NCBI RefSeq assembly: GCF_004010195.1
Contig: NC_057720.1
Location: 2,957,160-2,983,075, forward strand
DNA: 25,916 nt
Source of the DNA: Chiloscyllium plagiosum
Taxonomy: Eukaryota
Direction of reading: 5' to 3'
Both the position numbers and the translations under genes were made by a program. This document shows, one piece after another, positions 11,626-23,461 of this stretch. The notes under the pieces were generated by a model. It did no database searches and was not told the DNA's origin. It saw only the letters and a program-made list of their open reading frames with translations. Position 1 is the stretch's first letter. Each line of letters begins with the position of its first letter.

Positions 11626-12190
11626 TTAGTTGACCGCTTTGTCGAACACCTCCCTTCTTTCCACAGGAATGACCCTGAGCTTCCAGTTACCTGCCATTTT
11701 AACACACCTCCCCCCCGTTCCCCGGCCAGTGTCTGTCTCAGCCTTGCTGTAGTGCTCCAACAAGCTGAAAGAACCACATCTCATTTTCCGCTTGGGAACA
11801 GTACAGCCTACAGGACTCAATATCGAGTTCAATAATTCCAAAGGATGTGCACCTTCTCCCATGTCCTTATCACCCACCCACCCCCATCTCCACACACCGG
11901 GCCTTGTCATCCAATCAAACAGCCCATTGTCACCACTAACATGGTGCCAGTCAGCAGCTATTGACTCCTCCAGGCTCCCAGTCTGCCCAACAATTTTTTT
12001 CTCTCTCTCTCTCTCTCTGGGTTCCATCTCCACCTCACCCCCGACCCCATCTGCACCAAATATACCACCTTTTCCCAGCTACAATCATTTCTGAAGAAGA
12101 GTCACTCGACTCGAAACATTAACTTTGCTTTCCCTCTCCACGAATGCTGCCAGACCTGCTGAGTTTTTCCTGCAATTGTTGATTTTTGAT
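11626..12190 (+). mobile_element. Penelope-like element 3' remnant: frameshifted GIY-YIG endonuclease C-terminus plus terminal region with hammerhead motif
   Basis: DRFVEHL...LPVTCHFN and KLKEPHLIFRLGTVQPTGLNIEFNN; CTGAAGA-A-GAGTC-ACTC-GACTC-GAAAC-ATT at 12091-12120. Confidence 0.82.
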
Positions 12191-12295
12191 CCTGAGTGTG
12201 TATTGTTTAGTGTTTGGACCTGGATAGTTTCGCTTTGCTCCTAACTCTCCAGTCTGTGCCCGTTTATCTCACACGTGTTATTAATGTGTTCCTAG

Positions 12296-12464
12296 AGTTA
12301 CCAGAACACTGAAATCCCACACATGGAGCAAGGAATGGAGATATTCAAAACTTTACACTATCTCAGCAGTCTGATGCAAAACATCAAGAACCCGCTGGGA
12401 ACCAAGGAACATCCTGTTCGGGTTTGCCGGGACTTGCTGAACTGTGAAAGTCAATTATCTAATG
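12296..12464 (+). CDS. col24a1: COLFI C-propeptide exon ([56 protein letters not shown]), 169 bp
   Basis: cctag|AGT...AATG|gtgaga; P-x-G-T-x-x-x-P-x-R-x-C-x-D-L motif of fibrillar collagen NC1; SYQNTE as in COL24A1; ends in phase 1. Confidence 0.95.
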
Positions 12465-12556
12465 GTGAGAGGAGCTCTGTACCTGTAGACTGTCTCCTGA
12501 AAACAGCAACTGCTCAGCTTCAGGTTTCTGATACAAATCCTTCCTCACCCCTGCAG

Positions 12557-12663
12557 ATAAATACTGGATCGACCCCAACTTGGGCTGCTCTTCGGATACA
12601 ATCGAAGTATTCTGTAATTTTAACACTGGCCAGACGTGTTTACACCCTGTCACTACATCCAAG
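12557..12663 (+). CDS. col24a1: COLFI exon ((D)[35 protein letters not shown]), 107 bp
   Basis: ccctgcag|AT AAA TAC...AAG|gtaacg; YWIDPNxGC calcium-binding loop; phase 1 start fits the previous exon; 92-bp intron. Confidence 0.95.
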
Positions 12664-12724
12664 GTAACGCCAGGTTCCAGTGAATGTGGAGAGACGGGGG
12701 GGAGCGAGGATTGATCACCTCAGA

Positions 12725-12920
12725 CAGAGAAGGTTCACTGATGATTTCACAGAGATGTTCAAAATCATGAAGGGTATTGAGAGAGTCAGTAGAGGGGAAT
12801 CACCCACAACATTTCAAACAAGTTGGTAAAGCAAATCAAGGCAATATGAAGGTTGTAAAGTTGTTGGGATCTGGAACTTATTTCCCTTAAGGGCAGGGGA
12901 AATCAAATCAATAAAAGATA
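12725..12920 (+). mobile_element. Highly decayed CR1 fragment
   Basis: RRFTDDFTEMFKIMKGIERV remnant. Confidence 0.55.
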
Positions 12921-13117
12921 CAGAACCAATTTAATAAGAACTGTGGATGCTGGAAATCAGAAATGTTAACTCTGATTTGACTCAATCTGAAGCATTAGCT
13001 CGGATTTCTCCCCACAGACACTGACAGCTCCGTTCAGCTGATCCACCAATTCCTGGTTTGGTTTGTTTTTTATTCTCTCTCATGGGAAGTGAATGTCATT
13101 GCCCCATACAGCATTTA

Positions 13118-16100
13118 CCCACGGGGTAATACCGCAACTGATACAGCCCGGGGTAATACCGGGACTGATACAGCCCGGGGTAATACCGGGACTGATACAG
13201 TCCACTGGGTAATACCGGGACTGATACAGCCCGGGGTAATACCGGGACTGATACAGCCCGGGGTAATACCGGGTCTGATACAGCCCGAGGTAATACCGGG
13301 TCTGATACAGCCCGGGGTAATACCGGGACTGATACAGTCCACGGGGTAATACCGGGTCTGATACAGCCCGGGGTAATACCGGGACTGATACAGCCCGGGG
13401 TAATACCGGGACTGATACAGTCCAAGGGGTAATACGGGGACTGATACAGCCCGGGGTAATACCGCGACTGATACAGCCCGGGGTAATACCGGGACTGATA
13501 CAGCCCAAGGGGTAATACCGTGACTGATACAGCCCGGGGTAATACCGGGACTGATACAGCCCGGGGTAATACCGGGACTGATACAGTCCAAGTGGTAATA
13601 CGGGGACTGATACAGCCCGGCGTAATACCGGGACTGATACAGCCCGGGGTAATACCGGGACTGATACAGCCCGGGGTAATACGGGGACTGATACAGTCCA
13701 AGTGGTAATACGGGGACTGATACAGCCCGGGGTAATACCGGGACTGATACAGTCCACGAGGTAATACCGGGACTGATACAGCCCGGGGTAATACTGGGAC
13801 TGATACAGCCCGGCGTAATACCGCGACTGATACAGCCCGGGGTAATACCGGGACTGATACAGCCCGGCGTAATACCGGGACTGATACAGCCCGGCGTAAT
13901 ACCGGGACTGATACAGTCCACGGGGTAATACTGGGACTGATACAGCCCGGGGTAATACCGCGACTGATACAGTCCACAGGGTAATACTGGGACTGATACA
14001 GTCCACGGGATAATACCGGGTCTGATACAGCCCGGGGTAATACCAGGACTGATACAGTCCAAGGGGTAATACTGGGACTGATACAGTCCAAGGGGTAATA
14101 CTGGGACTGATACAGCCCGGGGTAATACTGAGACAGATACAGCCCACAGGGTAATACTGGGACTGATACGGTCCAAGGGGTAATACTGGGACTGATACAG
14201 CCCGGGGTAATACTGAGACAGATACAGCCCACGGGGTAATACTGGGACTGATACAGACCACAGGGTAATACTGAGACAGATACAGCCCACGGGGTAATAC
14301 TGGGACTGATACAGACCACAGGGTAATACTGAGACTGATACAACCCACAGGGTAATACGGGACTGATACAGTCCACAGGGTAATACTGGGACTGATACAG
14401 ACCACGGGGTAATACTGGGACTGATACAGCCCACATGGTAATACTGAGACTGATACAACCTACATGGTAATACTGAGAGACTGATACAACCCACGGGGTA
14501 ATACCGGGACTGATAGAGACCATGGGGTAATACTGGGACTGATACACACCATGGGGTAATACTGGGACTGATACAGACCCACAGGGTAATACTGGGACTG
14601 ATACACACCATGGGGTAATACTGGGACTGATACAGACCCACAGGGTAATACTGGGACTGATACAGACCATGGGGTAATACTGGGACTGATACACACCACG
14701 GGGTAATACTGGGACTGATACAGCCCACATGGTAATACTGAGACTGATACAGCCCACGGGGTAATACTGGGACTGATACGGCCCACATGGTAATACTGAG
14801 ACTGATACAGCCCACGGGGTAATATTGGGACTGATACAGCCCACATGCTAATACTGGGACTGATACAGACCATGGAGTAATACTGGGACTGATACAGACC
14901 ACAGCGTAATACTGGGACTGATACAGACCACAGAGTAATACTGAGACTGATACAGACCACGGGGTAATACTGGGACTAATACAGCCAACATGGTAATACT
15001 GAGACTGATACAGCTCATGGGGTAATACAGGGACTGATACAGACCACGGAGTAACACTGGGACTGATACAGACCACAGAGTAATACTGGGACTGATACAG
15101 ACCACGGGGTAATACTGGGTCTGATACAGACCACGGGGTAATACTGGGACTGATACAGCCAACATGGTAATACTGGGACTGATACAGCTCACGGGATAAT
15201 ACTGGGACTGATACAGACCACGGGTAATACTGAGACTAATACAGCCCACATAGTAATACTGGGACTGGTATACTCCATGGGGTAAAACTGTGACTGATAC
15301 AGCTCAAATGGTAAAACTGGGACAGATACAACCCACGGGGTAATAGTGGGACTGAAACAGCCAACGGGGTAATACGGGGACTGATACAACCCGGGTAATA
15401 CTGTGATTGATACAACGCACGGGGTAATACTAGGACTCATACAGCCCAAGGGGTAATACTGAGACTAATACAGCCCACATAGTAATACTGGGACTGGTAT
15501 ACTACATGGCGTAATACTGGGACTGATACAGCACAAATGGTAATACTGGGACTGATACAACCCACGGGGTAATACTGGGACTGATACAACCCGGGGTAAT
15601 ACTGTGATTGATACAACCCACGGGGTAATACTAGGACTGATATAGCCCACGGGATAATACTGGGACTGATACAGCCCACGGGGTAATACTGAGACTAATA
15701 CAGCCCACATAGTAATACTGGGACTGGTATACTACATGGGGTAATACTGGGACTGATACAGCACAAATGGTAATACTGGGACTGATACAACCCACGGGGT
15801 AATACTAGGACTGATATAGCCCACGGGGTAATACTGGGACTGATAAAGCCCACGGGGTAATACTGAGACTGATACAACCCACGGGGTAATACTAGGACTG
15901 ATATAGCCCACGGGGTAATACTGGGACTGATACAGTCCAAGGGGTAATACCGGGACTGATACAGTCCAAGGGGTAATACTGGGACTGATACAGTCCAAGG
16001 GGTAATACTGGGACTGATACAGTCCAAGGGGTAATACTGGGACTGATACAGTCCAAGGGGTAATACTGGGACTGATACAGTCTACGGGGTAATACTGGGA

Positions 16101-19100
16101 CTGATACAGTCTACGGGGTAATACTGGGACTGATACAGTCTACGGGGTAATACTGGGACTGATACAGTCTACGGGGTAATACTGGGACTGATACAGTCTA
16201 CGGGGTAATACTGGGACTGATACAGTCTACGGGGTAATACTGGGACTGATACAGTCTACGGGGTAATACTGGGACTGATACAGTCTACGGGGTAATACTG
16301 GGACTGATACAGTCTACGGGGTAATACTGGGACTGATACAGTCTACGGGGTAATACTGGGACTGATACAGTCTACGGGGTAATACTGGGACTGATACAGT
16401 CTACGGGGTAATACTGGGACTGATACAGTCTACGGGGTAATACTGGGACTGATACAGTCTACGGGGTAATACTGGGACTGATACAGTCTACGGGGTAATA
16501 CTGGGACTGATACAGTCTACGGGGTAATACTGGGAGACTGATACAGCCCGGCGTAATACCGGGACTGATACAGTCCAAGGGGTAATACCGGGACTGATAC
16601 AGCCCGGGGTAATACCGGGACTTATACAGTCCAAGGGGTAATACCGGGACTGATACAGCCCGGGGTAATACCGGGACTGGTACAGTCCAAGGGGTAATAC
16701 CGGGACTGATACAGTCCAAGGGGTAATACCGGGACTGATACAGCCCGGGGTAATACCGGGACTGATACAGTCCACGGGGTAATACCGGGACTGATACAGT
16801 CCAAGGGGTAATACTGGGACTGATACAGTCCAAGGGGTAATACTGGGACTGATACAGACCACGGGGTAATACTGGGACTGATACAGCCAACATGGTAATA
16901 CTGAGACTGATACAGACCACGGAGTAATATTGGGACTGATACAGCCCAGGGTAATACCGGGACTGATACAGCCCGGGGTAATACCGGGACTGATACAGCC
17001 CGGGGTAATACTGGGACTGATACAGTCCACGGGGTAACACTGGGACTGATACAGTCCACGGGGTAATACTGGGACTGATGCAGCCCGGTGTAATACCGGG
17101 ACTGATACAGTCCAAGGGGTAATACCGGGACTGATACAGTCCAAGGGGTAATACTGGGACCTATACAGTCCACGGGGTAATACTGGGACTGATACAGCCC
17201 TGCGTAATACCGGGACTGATACAGTCCAAGGGGTAATACCGGGACTGTTACAGCCCGGGGTAATACTGGGACTGATACAGTCCAAGGGGTAATACCGGGA
17301 CTGATACAGCCCGGCATAATACCGGGACTGATACAGTCCAAGGGGTAATACCGGGACTGATACAGTCCAAGGGGTAATACCGGGACTGATACAGCCCGGC
17401 GTAATACCGGGACTGATACAGTCCACGGGGTAATACTGGGACTGATACAGTCCACGGGGTAATACTGGGACTGATACAGTCCAAGGGGTAATACTGGGAC
17501 TGATACAGCCCGGGGTAATACTGAGACAGATACAGCCCAAGGGGTAATACTGGGACTGTTACAGACCACAGAGTAATACTGGGACTGATACAGTCCAAGG
17601 GGTAATACTGGGACTGATACAGACCACGGGGTAATACTGGGACTGATGCAGCCAACATGGTAATACTGAGACTGATACAGACCACGGAGTAATACTGGGA
17701 CTGATACAGACCACAGAGTAAAACTGGGACTGATACAGACCACAGAGTAATACTGAGACTGATACAGACCACGGGGTAATACTGGGACTGATACAGCCAA
17801 CATGGTAATACTGGGACTGATACAGCTCACGGGATAATACTGGGACTGATACAGACCGCGGGGTAATACTGAGACTAATACAGCCCACATAGTAATACTG
17901 GGACTGGTATACTCCATGGGGTAATACTGTGACTGATACAGCTCAAATGGTAAAACTGGGACTGATACAACCCACGGGGTAATACTGGGACTGATACATC
18001 CCGGGGTAATACTGTGATTGATATAACGCACGGGGTAATACTGAGACTAATACAGCCCACATAGTAATACTGGGACTGGTATACTACATGAGGTAATACT
18101 GGGACTGAAACAGCCCAAGGGGAAATACTGGGACTGATACAGCCCACGGGGTAATACTGGGACTGATACAACCCGGGGTAATACTGTGATTGATACAACG
18201 CACGGGGTAATACTAGGACTCATACAGCCCAAGGGGTAATACTGAGACTAATACAGCCCACATAGTAATACTGGGACTGGTGTACTACATGAGGTAATAC
18301 TGGGACTGATACAGCTCAAATGGTAATACTGGGACTGATACAACCCACGGGGTAATACTGGGACTGATACAACCCGGGGTAATACTGTGATTGATACAAC
18401 CCACGGGGTAGTACTAGGACTGATATAGCCCACGGGGTAATACTGGGACTGATACAGCCCACGGGGTAATACTGTGATTGATACAACCCACGGGGTAATA
18501 CTGAGACTGATACAGCCCACGGGGTAATACTGAGACTAATACAGACCACATGGTAATACTGGGACTGGTACACTCCATGGGGTAATACTGGGACTGATAC
18601 AGCCCACGGGGTAATACTGAGACTGATACAACCCACGGGGTAATACTGAGACTGATACAGCCCAAGAGGTAATACTGAGACTGATACAGCCCAAGGGGTA
18701 ATACTGAGACTAATACAGACCACATGGTAATACTGGGACTGGTACACTCCATGGGGTAATACTGGGACTGACACAGACCACGGAGGAATACTGGGACTGA
18801 AACAGCCCACGGGGTAATACTGAGACTGATACAGCCCAACGGGTAATACTGAGACTAATACAGCCCACATGGTAATACTGGGACTGGTACACTCCATTGG
18901 GTAATACTGGGACTGACACAGACCACGGAGGAATACTGGGACTGAAACAGCCCACGGGGTAATTCTGGGACTGATACAGACCACGGGGTAATACTGGGAC
19001 TGATACAGCCCAAGGGGTAATACTGAGACTAATAAAGTCCACATAGTAATACTGGGCCTGGTACACTCCATGGGGTAATATTGGGACTGATACAGCTCAA

Positions 19101-22100
19101 ATGGTAATACTGGGACTCATACAACCCACGGGGTAATACTGGGACTGAAACAGCCCAAGGGTAATACTGGGACTGATACAGCCCACGGGGTAATACTGGG
19201 ACTGATACAGCCCGGGGTAATACTGAGACTGATACAGCCCGGGGTAATACTGAGACTGATACAACCCACGGGGTAATACTGTGACTGATACAGCCCACGG
19301 GGTAATACTGGGATTGATACAGACCACGGGGTAATACTGGGACTGATACAGCCCAAGGGGTAATACTGAGACTAATACAGCCCACATAGTAATACTGGGA
19401 CTGGTACACTCCATGGGGTAATACTGGGATTGATACAGCTCAAATGGTAATACTGGGACTGATACAACCCCCGGGGTAATACTGGGACTGAAACAGCCCA
19501 AGGGGTAATACTGGGACTGAAACAGCCCAAGGGGTATTACAGGGACTGATACAGCCCATGGGGTAATACTGGGACTGATACAGTCCGGGATAATACTGAG
19601 ACTGATACAACCCACGGGGTAATACTGGGACTGATACAACCCACGGGATAATACTGAGACTGATACAACCCATGGGGTAATACTGAGACTGATACAGCCC
19701 ACGGGGTAATACTGGGACTGATACAGCCCACGGGGTAATACTGGGACTGATACAGATCACGGTGTAATACTGAGACTAATACAGCTCACATAGTAATACT
19801 GGGACTGGTACACTCCATGGGCGAATACTGGGACTGATACAGCCCACGGGGTAATACTGGGACTGATACAGATCACGGTGTAATACTGAGACTAATACAG
19901 CTCACATAGTAATACTGGGACTGGTACACTCCATGGGCGAATACTGGGACTGATACAGCCCACGGGGTAATACTGGGACTGATACTGCCCAGGGTAATAC
20001 TGAGACTGATACAACCCACGGGGTAGTACTGAGACTAATACAACCCACGGGGTAATACTGGGACTGATACAGCCCACGGGGTAATACTGGGACTGATATA
20101 GACCACGGGGTAATACTGGGACTGATACAGCCCAAGGGGTAATACTGAGACTAATACAGCCCACATAGTAATACTGGGACTGGTACACTCCATGGGGTAA
20201 TACTGGGATTGATACAGCTCAAATGGTAATGCTGGGACTGATACAAGCCACGGGGTAATACTGGGACTGAAACAGCCCAAGGGGTAATACAGGGACTGAT
20301 ACAGCCCACGGGATAATACTGGGACTGATACAGCCCGGGGTAATACTGGGACTGAGACAACCCACGGGGTAATACTGGGACTGATACAGTCCACGGGGTA
20401 ATACTGAGACTGATACAACCCACATAGTAATACTGGGCCTGGTACACTCCATGGGGTAATACATGGACTGATACAGCTCAAATGGTAATACTGGGACTGA
20501 TACAACCCACGGGGTAATACTGGGACTGAAACAGCCCAAGGGTAATACTGAGACTAATACAGCCCACATAGTAATACCGGGACTTGTACACTCCATGGGG
20601 TAATACTGCGATTGATACAGCTCAAATGGTAATACTGGGACTGATACAACCCACGGGGTAATACTGGGACTGATGCAGCCCGGGGTAATAATGAGACGGA
20701 TACAACCCATGTGGTAATACTGGGACTGATACAGTCCATGGGGTAATACTGGGACTGATACAGCCCACGGGGTAATACTGAGACGGATACAAACCACGGG
20801 GTAATACTGATACTGATACAGCCCGGGGTAATACTGAGACTGATACAACCCACGGGGTAATACTGAGACTGATACAACCCACGGGATAATATTGGGACTG
20901 ATACAGCCCACGGGGTAATACTGGGACTGATACAGCCCAAGGGGTAATACTGGGACTGATACAGCCCGGGGTAATACTGAGACTGATACAACCCACTGGG
21001 TAATACTGAGACTGATACAACCCATGGGATAATACTGAGACTGATACAACCCATGGGGTAATACTGAGACTTGTACAGCCCACGGGTTAATACTGGGACT
21101 GATACAGCCCACAGGGTAATACTGGGACTGATACAGCCCACATGGTAATACTGGGACTGATACAGCAGGGGTAATACTGAGACTGATACGACCGTGGATT
21201 AATAATGGGACTGATACAGCCCACGGAGTAATACCGGGACTGATACAGCCCACGGGGTAATACTGAGACTGATACAACCCAGGGGGTAATACTGGGACTG
21301 ATACAGCCCGGGGTAATACTGAGACTGATACAACCCACGGGGTAATACTGGGACTGATACAACCCACGGGGTAATACTGGAACTGATACAGCCCACAGGG
21401 TAATACTGAGACTGATACAACCCACGGGGTAATACTGGGACTGATTCAACCCACGGGGTAATACTGTGATTGATACAACCCACGGGGTAATACTGAGACT
21501 GATACAACCCACGTGGTAATACTGGGGCTGATACAGCCCACATGGTAATACTGGGACTGGTACACTCCATTGGGTAATACTGGGACTGATACAGATCACG
21601 GGGTAATACTGGGACTGAAACAGTCCACGGGGTAACACTGGGACTGATACAGACCACGGGGTAATACTGGGACTGATACAGCCCAAGGGGTAATACTGAG
21701 ACTAATACAGCCCACATAGTAATACTGGGACTGGTACACTCCATGGGGTAATACTGGGACTGATACAGCTCAAATGGTAATACTGGGATGATACAGCCCA
21801 CGGGGTAATACTGGGACTGATACAGCCCGGGGTAATACTAAGACTGATACAACCCTTGGGGTAATACTGGGACTGATACAGCCCAAGGGGTAATACTGAG
21901 ACTAATACAGCCCACATAGTAATACTGGGACTGGTACACTCCATGGGGTAATACTGGGATTGATACAGCTCAAATGGTAATAATGGGACTGATACAACCC
22001 ACGGGGTAATACTGGGACTGATACAGCCCACGGGGTAATACTGGGACTGATACAGTCCACGGGGTGATACTGAGACTGATACGACCCACGGGGTAATACT

Positions 22101-22968
22101 GAGACTGATACAGCCCACGGGGTAATACTGAGATTTGTACAGCCCACCGGTTAATGCTGGGAGTGATACAGCCCACAGGGTAATACTGGGACTGATACAG
22201 CCCACATGATAATACTGGGACTGATACAGCCCGGGGTAATACTGAGACTGATACGACCGTGGATTAATAATGGGACTGATACAGCCCACGGGGTAATACT
22301 GGGACTGATACAACCCACGGGGTAATACTGGGACTGATACAGCCCACATGGTAATACTGGGACTGATACAGCCCGGGGTAATACTGAGACTGATACAACC
22401 GTGGATTAATAATGGGACTGATACAGCCCACGGGGTAATACTGAGACTGATACAGCCCACGGGGTAATACTGAGACTTGTACAGCCCACGGGTTAATACT
22501 GGGACTGTTACAGCCCACGGGTTAATACTGGGACTGATACCGCCCACAGGGTAATACTGGGACTGATATAGCCCACGGGGTAATATTGGGACTGATACAG
22601 CCCACAGGGTAATACTGGGACTGATACAACCCACGGGGTAATACTGGGACCGATACAGCCCACGGGGTAATACTGGGACTGATACAGCCCACATGGTAAT
22701 ACTGGGACTGATACAGCCCACGGGGTAATACTGGGACTGATACAACCCACGGGGTAATACTGGGACTGATACAGCCCACGGGGTAATACTGAGACTGATA
22801 CAACCCACTGGGTAATACTGGGACTGATACAGCCCACGGGGTAATACTGGGACTGATACAGCCCACATGGTAATACTGGGACTGATACAATCCGGGGTAA
22901 TACTGAGACTGATACCACCCGTGGGTTAATGCTGGGACTGATACAGCCCATGGGGTAATACTGAGACT
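13118..22968. repeat. ~9.85-kb intronic tandem array of 27/29-bp units (consensus CACGGGGTAATACTGGGACTGATACAGCC), roughly 340 units
   Basis: Period 29 read directly at 16081, 16110...; 27-bp variant CCGGGGTAATACCGGGACTGATACAGC dominates 13140-14050 and recurs at 16545-17520. Confidence 0.98.
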
Positions 22969-23103
22969 TGCTGGTCTGTAGCAGAGGGTAGCTGCAATCA
23001 CGGTACTCCACAATCACTGATCTGATCCTTTGGAGAAAGTGTTCCCTTGACTTCCTTTACAAATCCCATCCGGAAATATGGAGCATTGATTAAATCTCCT
23101 CAT

Positions 23104-23229
23104 TGCTGATGAAGGGCTCCGGCCCGAAGCGTCGATTCTCCTGCTACTTGAATGCTGCCTGTCCGGCTGTGCTTTTCCAGTACCACACTCTCAACTCTGA
23201 TCTCCAGCATCTGCAGTCCTCACTGTCTC
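23104..23229 (+). mobile_element. Short PLE-derived element with near-intact hammerhead
   Basis: CTGATGA-A-GGGC-TCCG-GCCC-GAAGC-GTC (23106-23133); 14-bp TSD ttaaatct(c/t)ctcat at 23090-23103 and 23230-23243. Confidence 0.82.
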
Positions 23230-23265
23230 TTAAATCTTCTCATAACCTTCCCAACTCGAAAGAGA

Positions 23266-23461
23266 TGTGTTGCTGGAAAAGCGCAGCAGGTCAGGCAGCA
23301 TCCAGGGAACAGGAGAATTGACGTTTCGGGCATAAGCCCTTCTTCAGGAATGCCCGAAACGTCGATTCTCCTGTTCCCTGGATGCTGCCTGACCTGCTGC
23401 GCTTTTCCAGCAACACATTTCCAGCTCTGATCTCCAGCATCTGCAGACCTCACTTTCTCCT
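23266..23461. mobile_element. Young fold-back PLE-derived element with 69-bp inverted arms and a perfect 15-bp TSD
   Basis: Arms 23265-23333 and 23350-23418 (one mismatch); ccaactcgaaagaga at 23251-23265 and 23462-23476. Confidence 0.88.
23320..23347 (-). ncRNA. Minimal type I hammerhead ribozyme motif (PLE type), intact core
   Basis: CUGAAGA-A-GGGC-UUAU-GCCC-GAAAC-GUC; loopless palindromic stem III (ACGU). Confidence 0.68.

Noticed and set aside
12323..12667. 114-aa ORF as a single coding unit
   Set aside because: It reads through the 92-bp GT-AG intron and goes out of frame; the spliced model restores YWIDPN
13118..22968. CRISPR-like repeat/spacer appearance
   Set aside because: Linkers are only 6-8 nt, related to each other and reused; no cas genes; vertebrate intron context
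13118..22968. Satellite-encoded hammerhead (CTGATA resembles CUGANGA)
   Set aside because: The motif is CTGATAC, lacking G8-A9, and there is no stem II-GAAA arrangement
13080..23017. Many long minus-strand ORFs (up to 653 aa; CISPSITP / LYQSQYYP / AVSVPVLP)
   Set aside because: The reverse complement of the consensus monomer has no stop codon in any frame, so ORFs overlap in all three frames; they are antisense within an intron and are repeat artefacts
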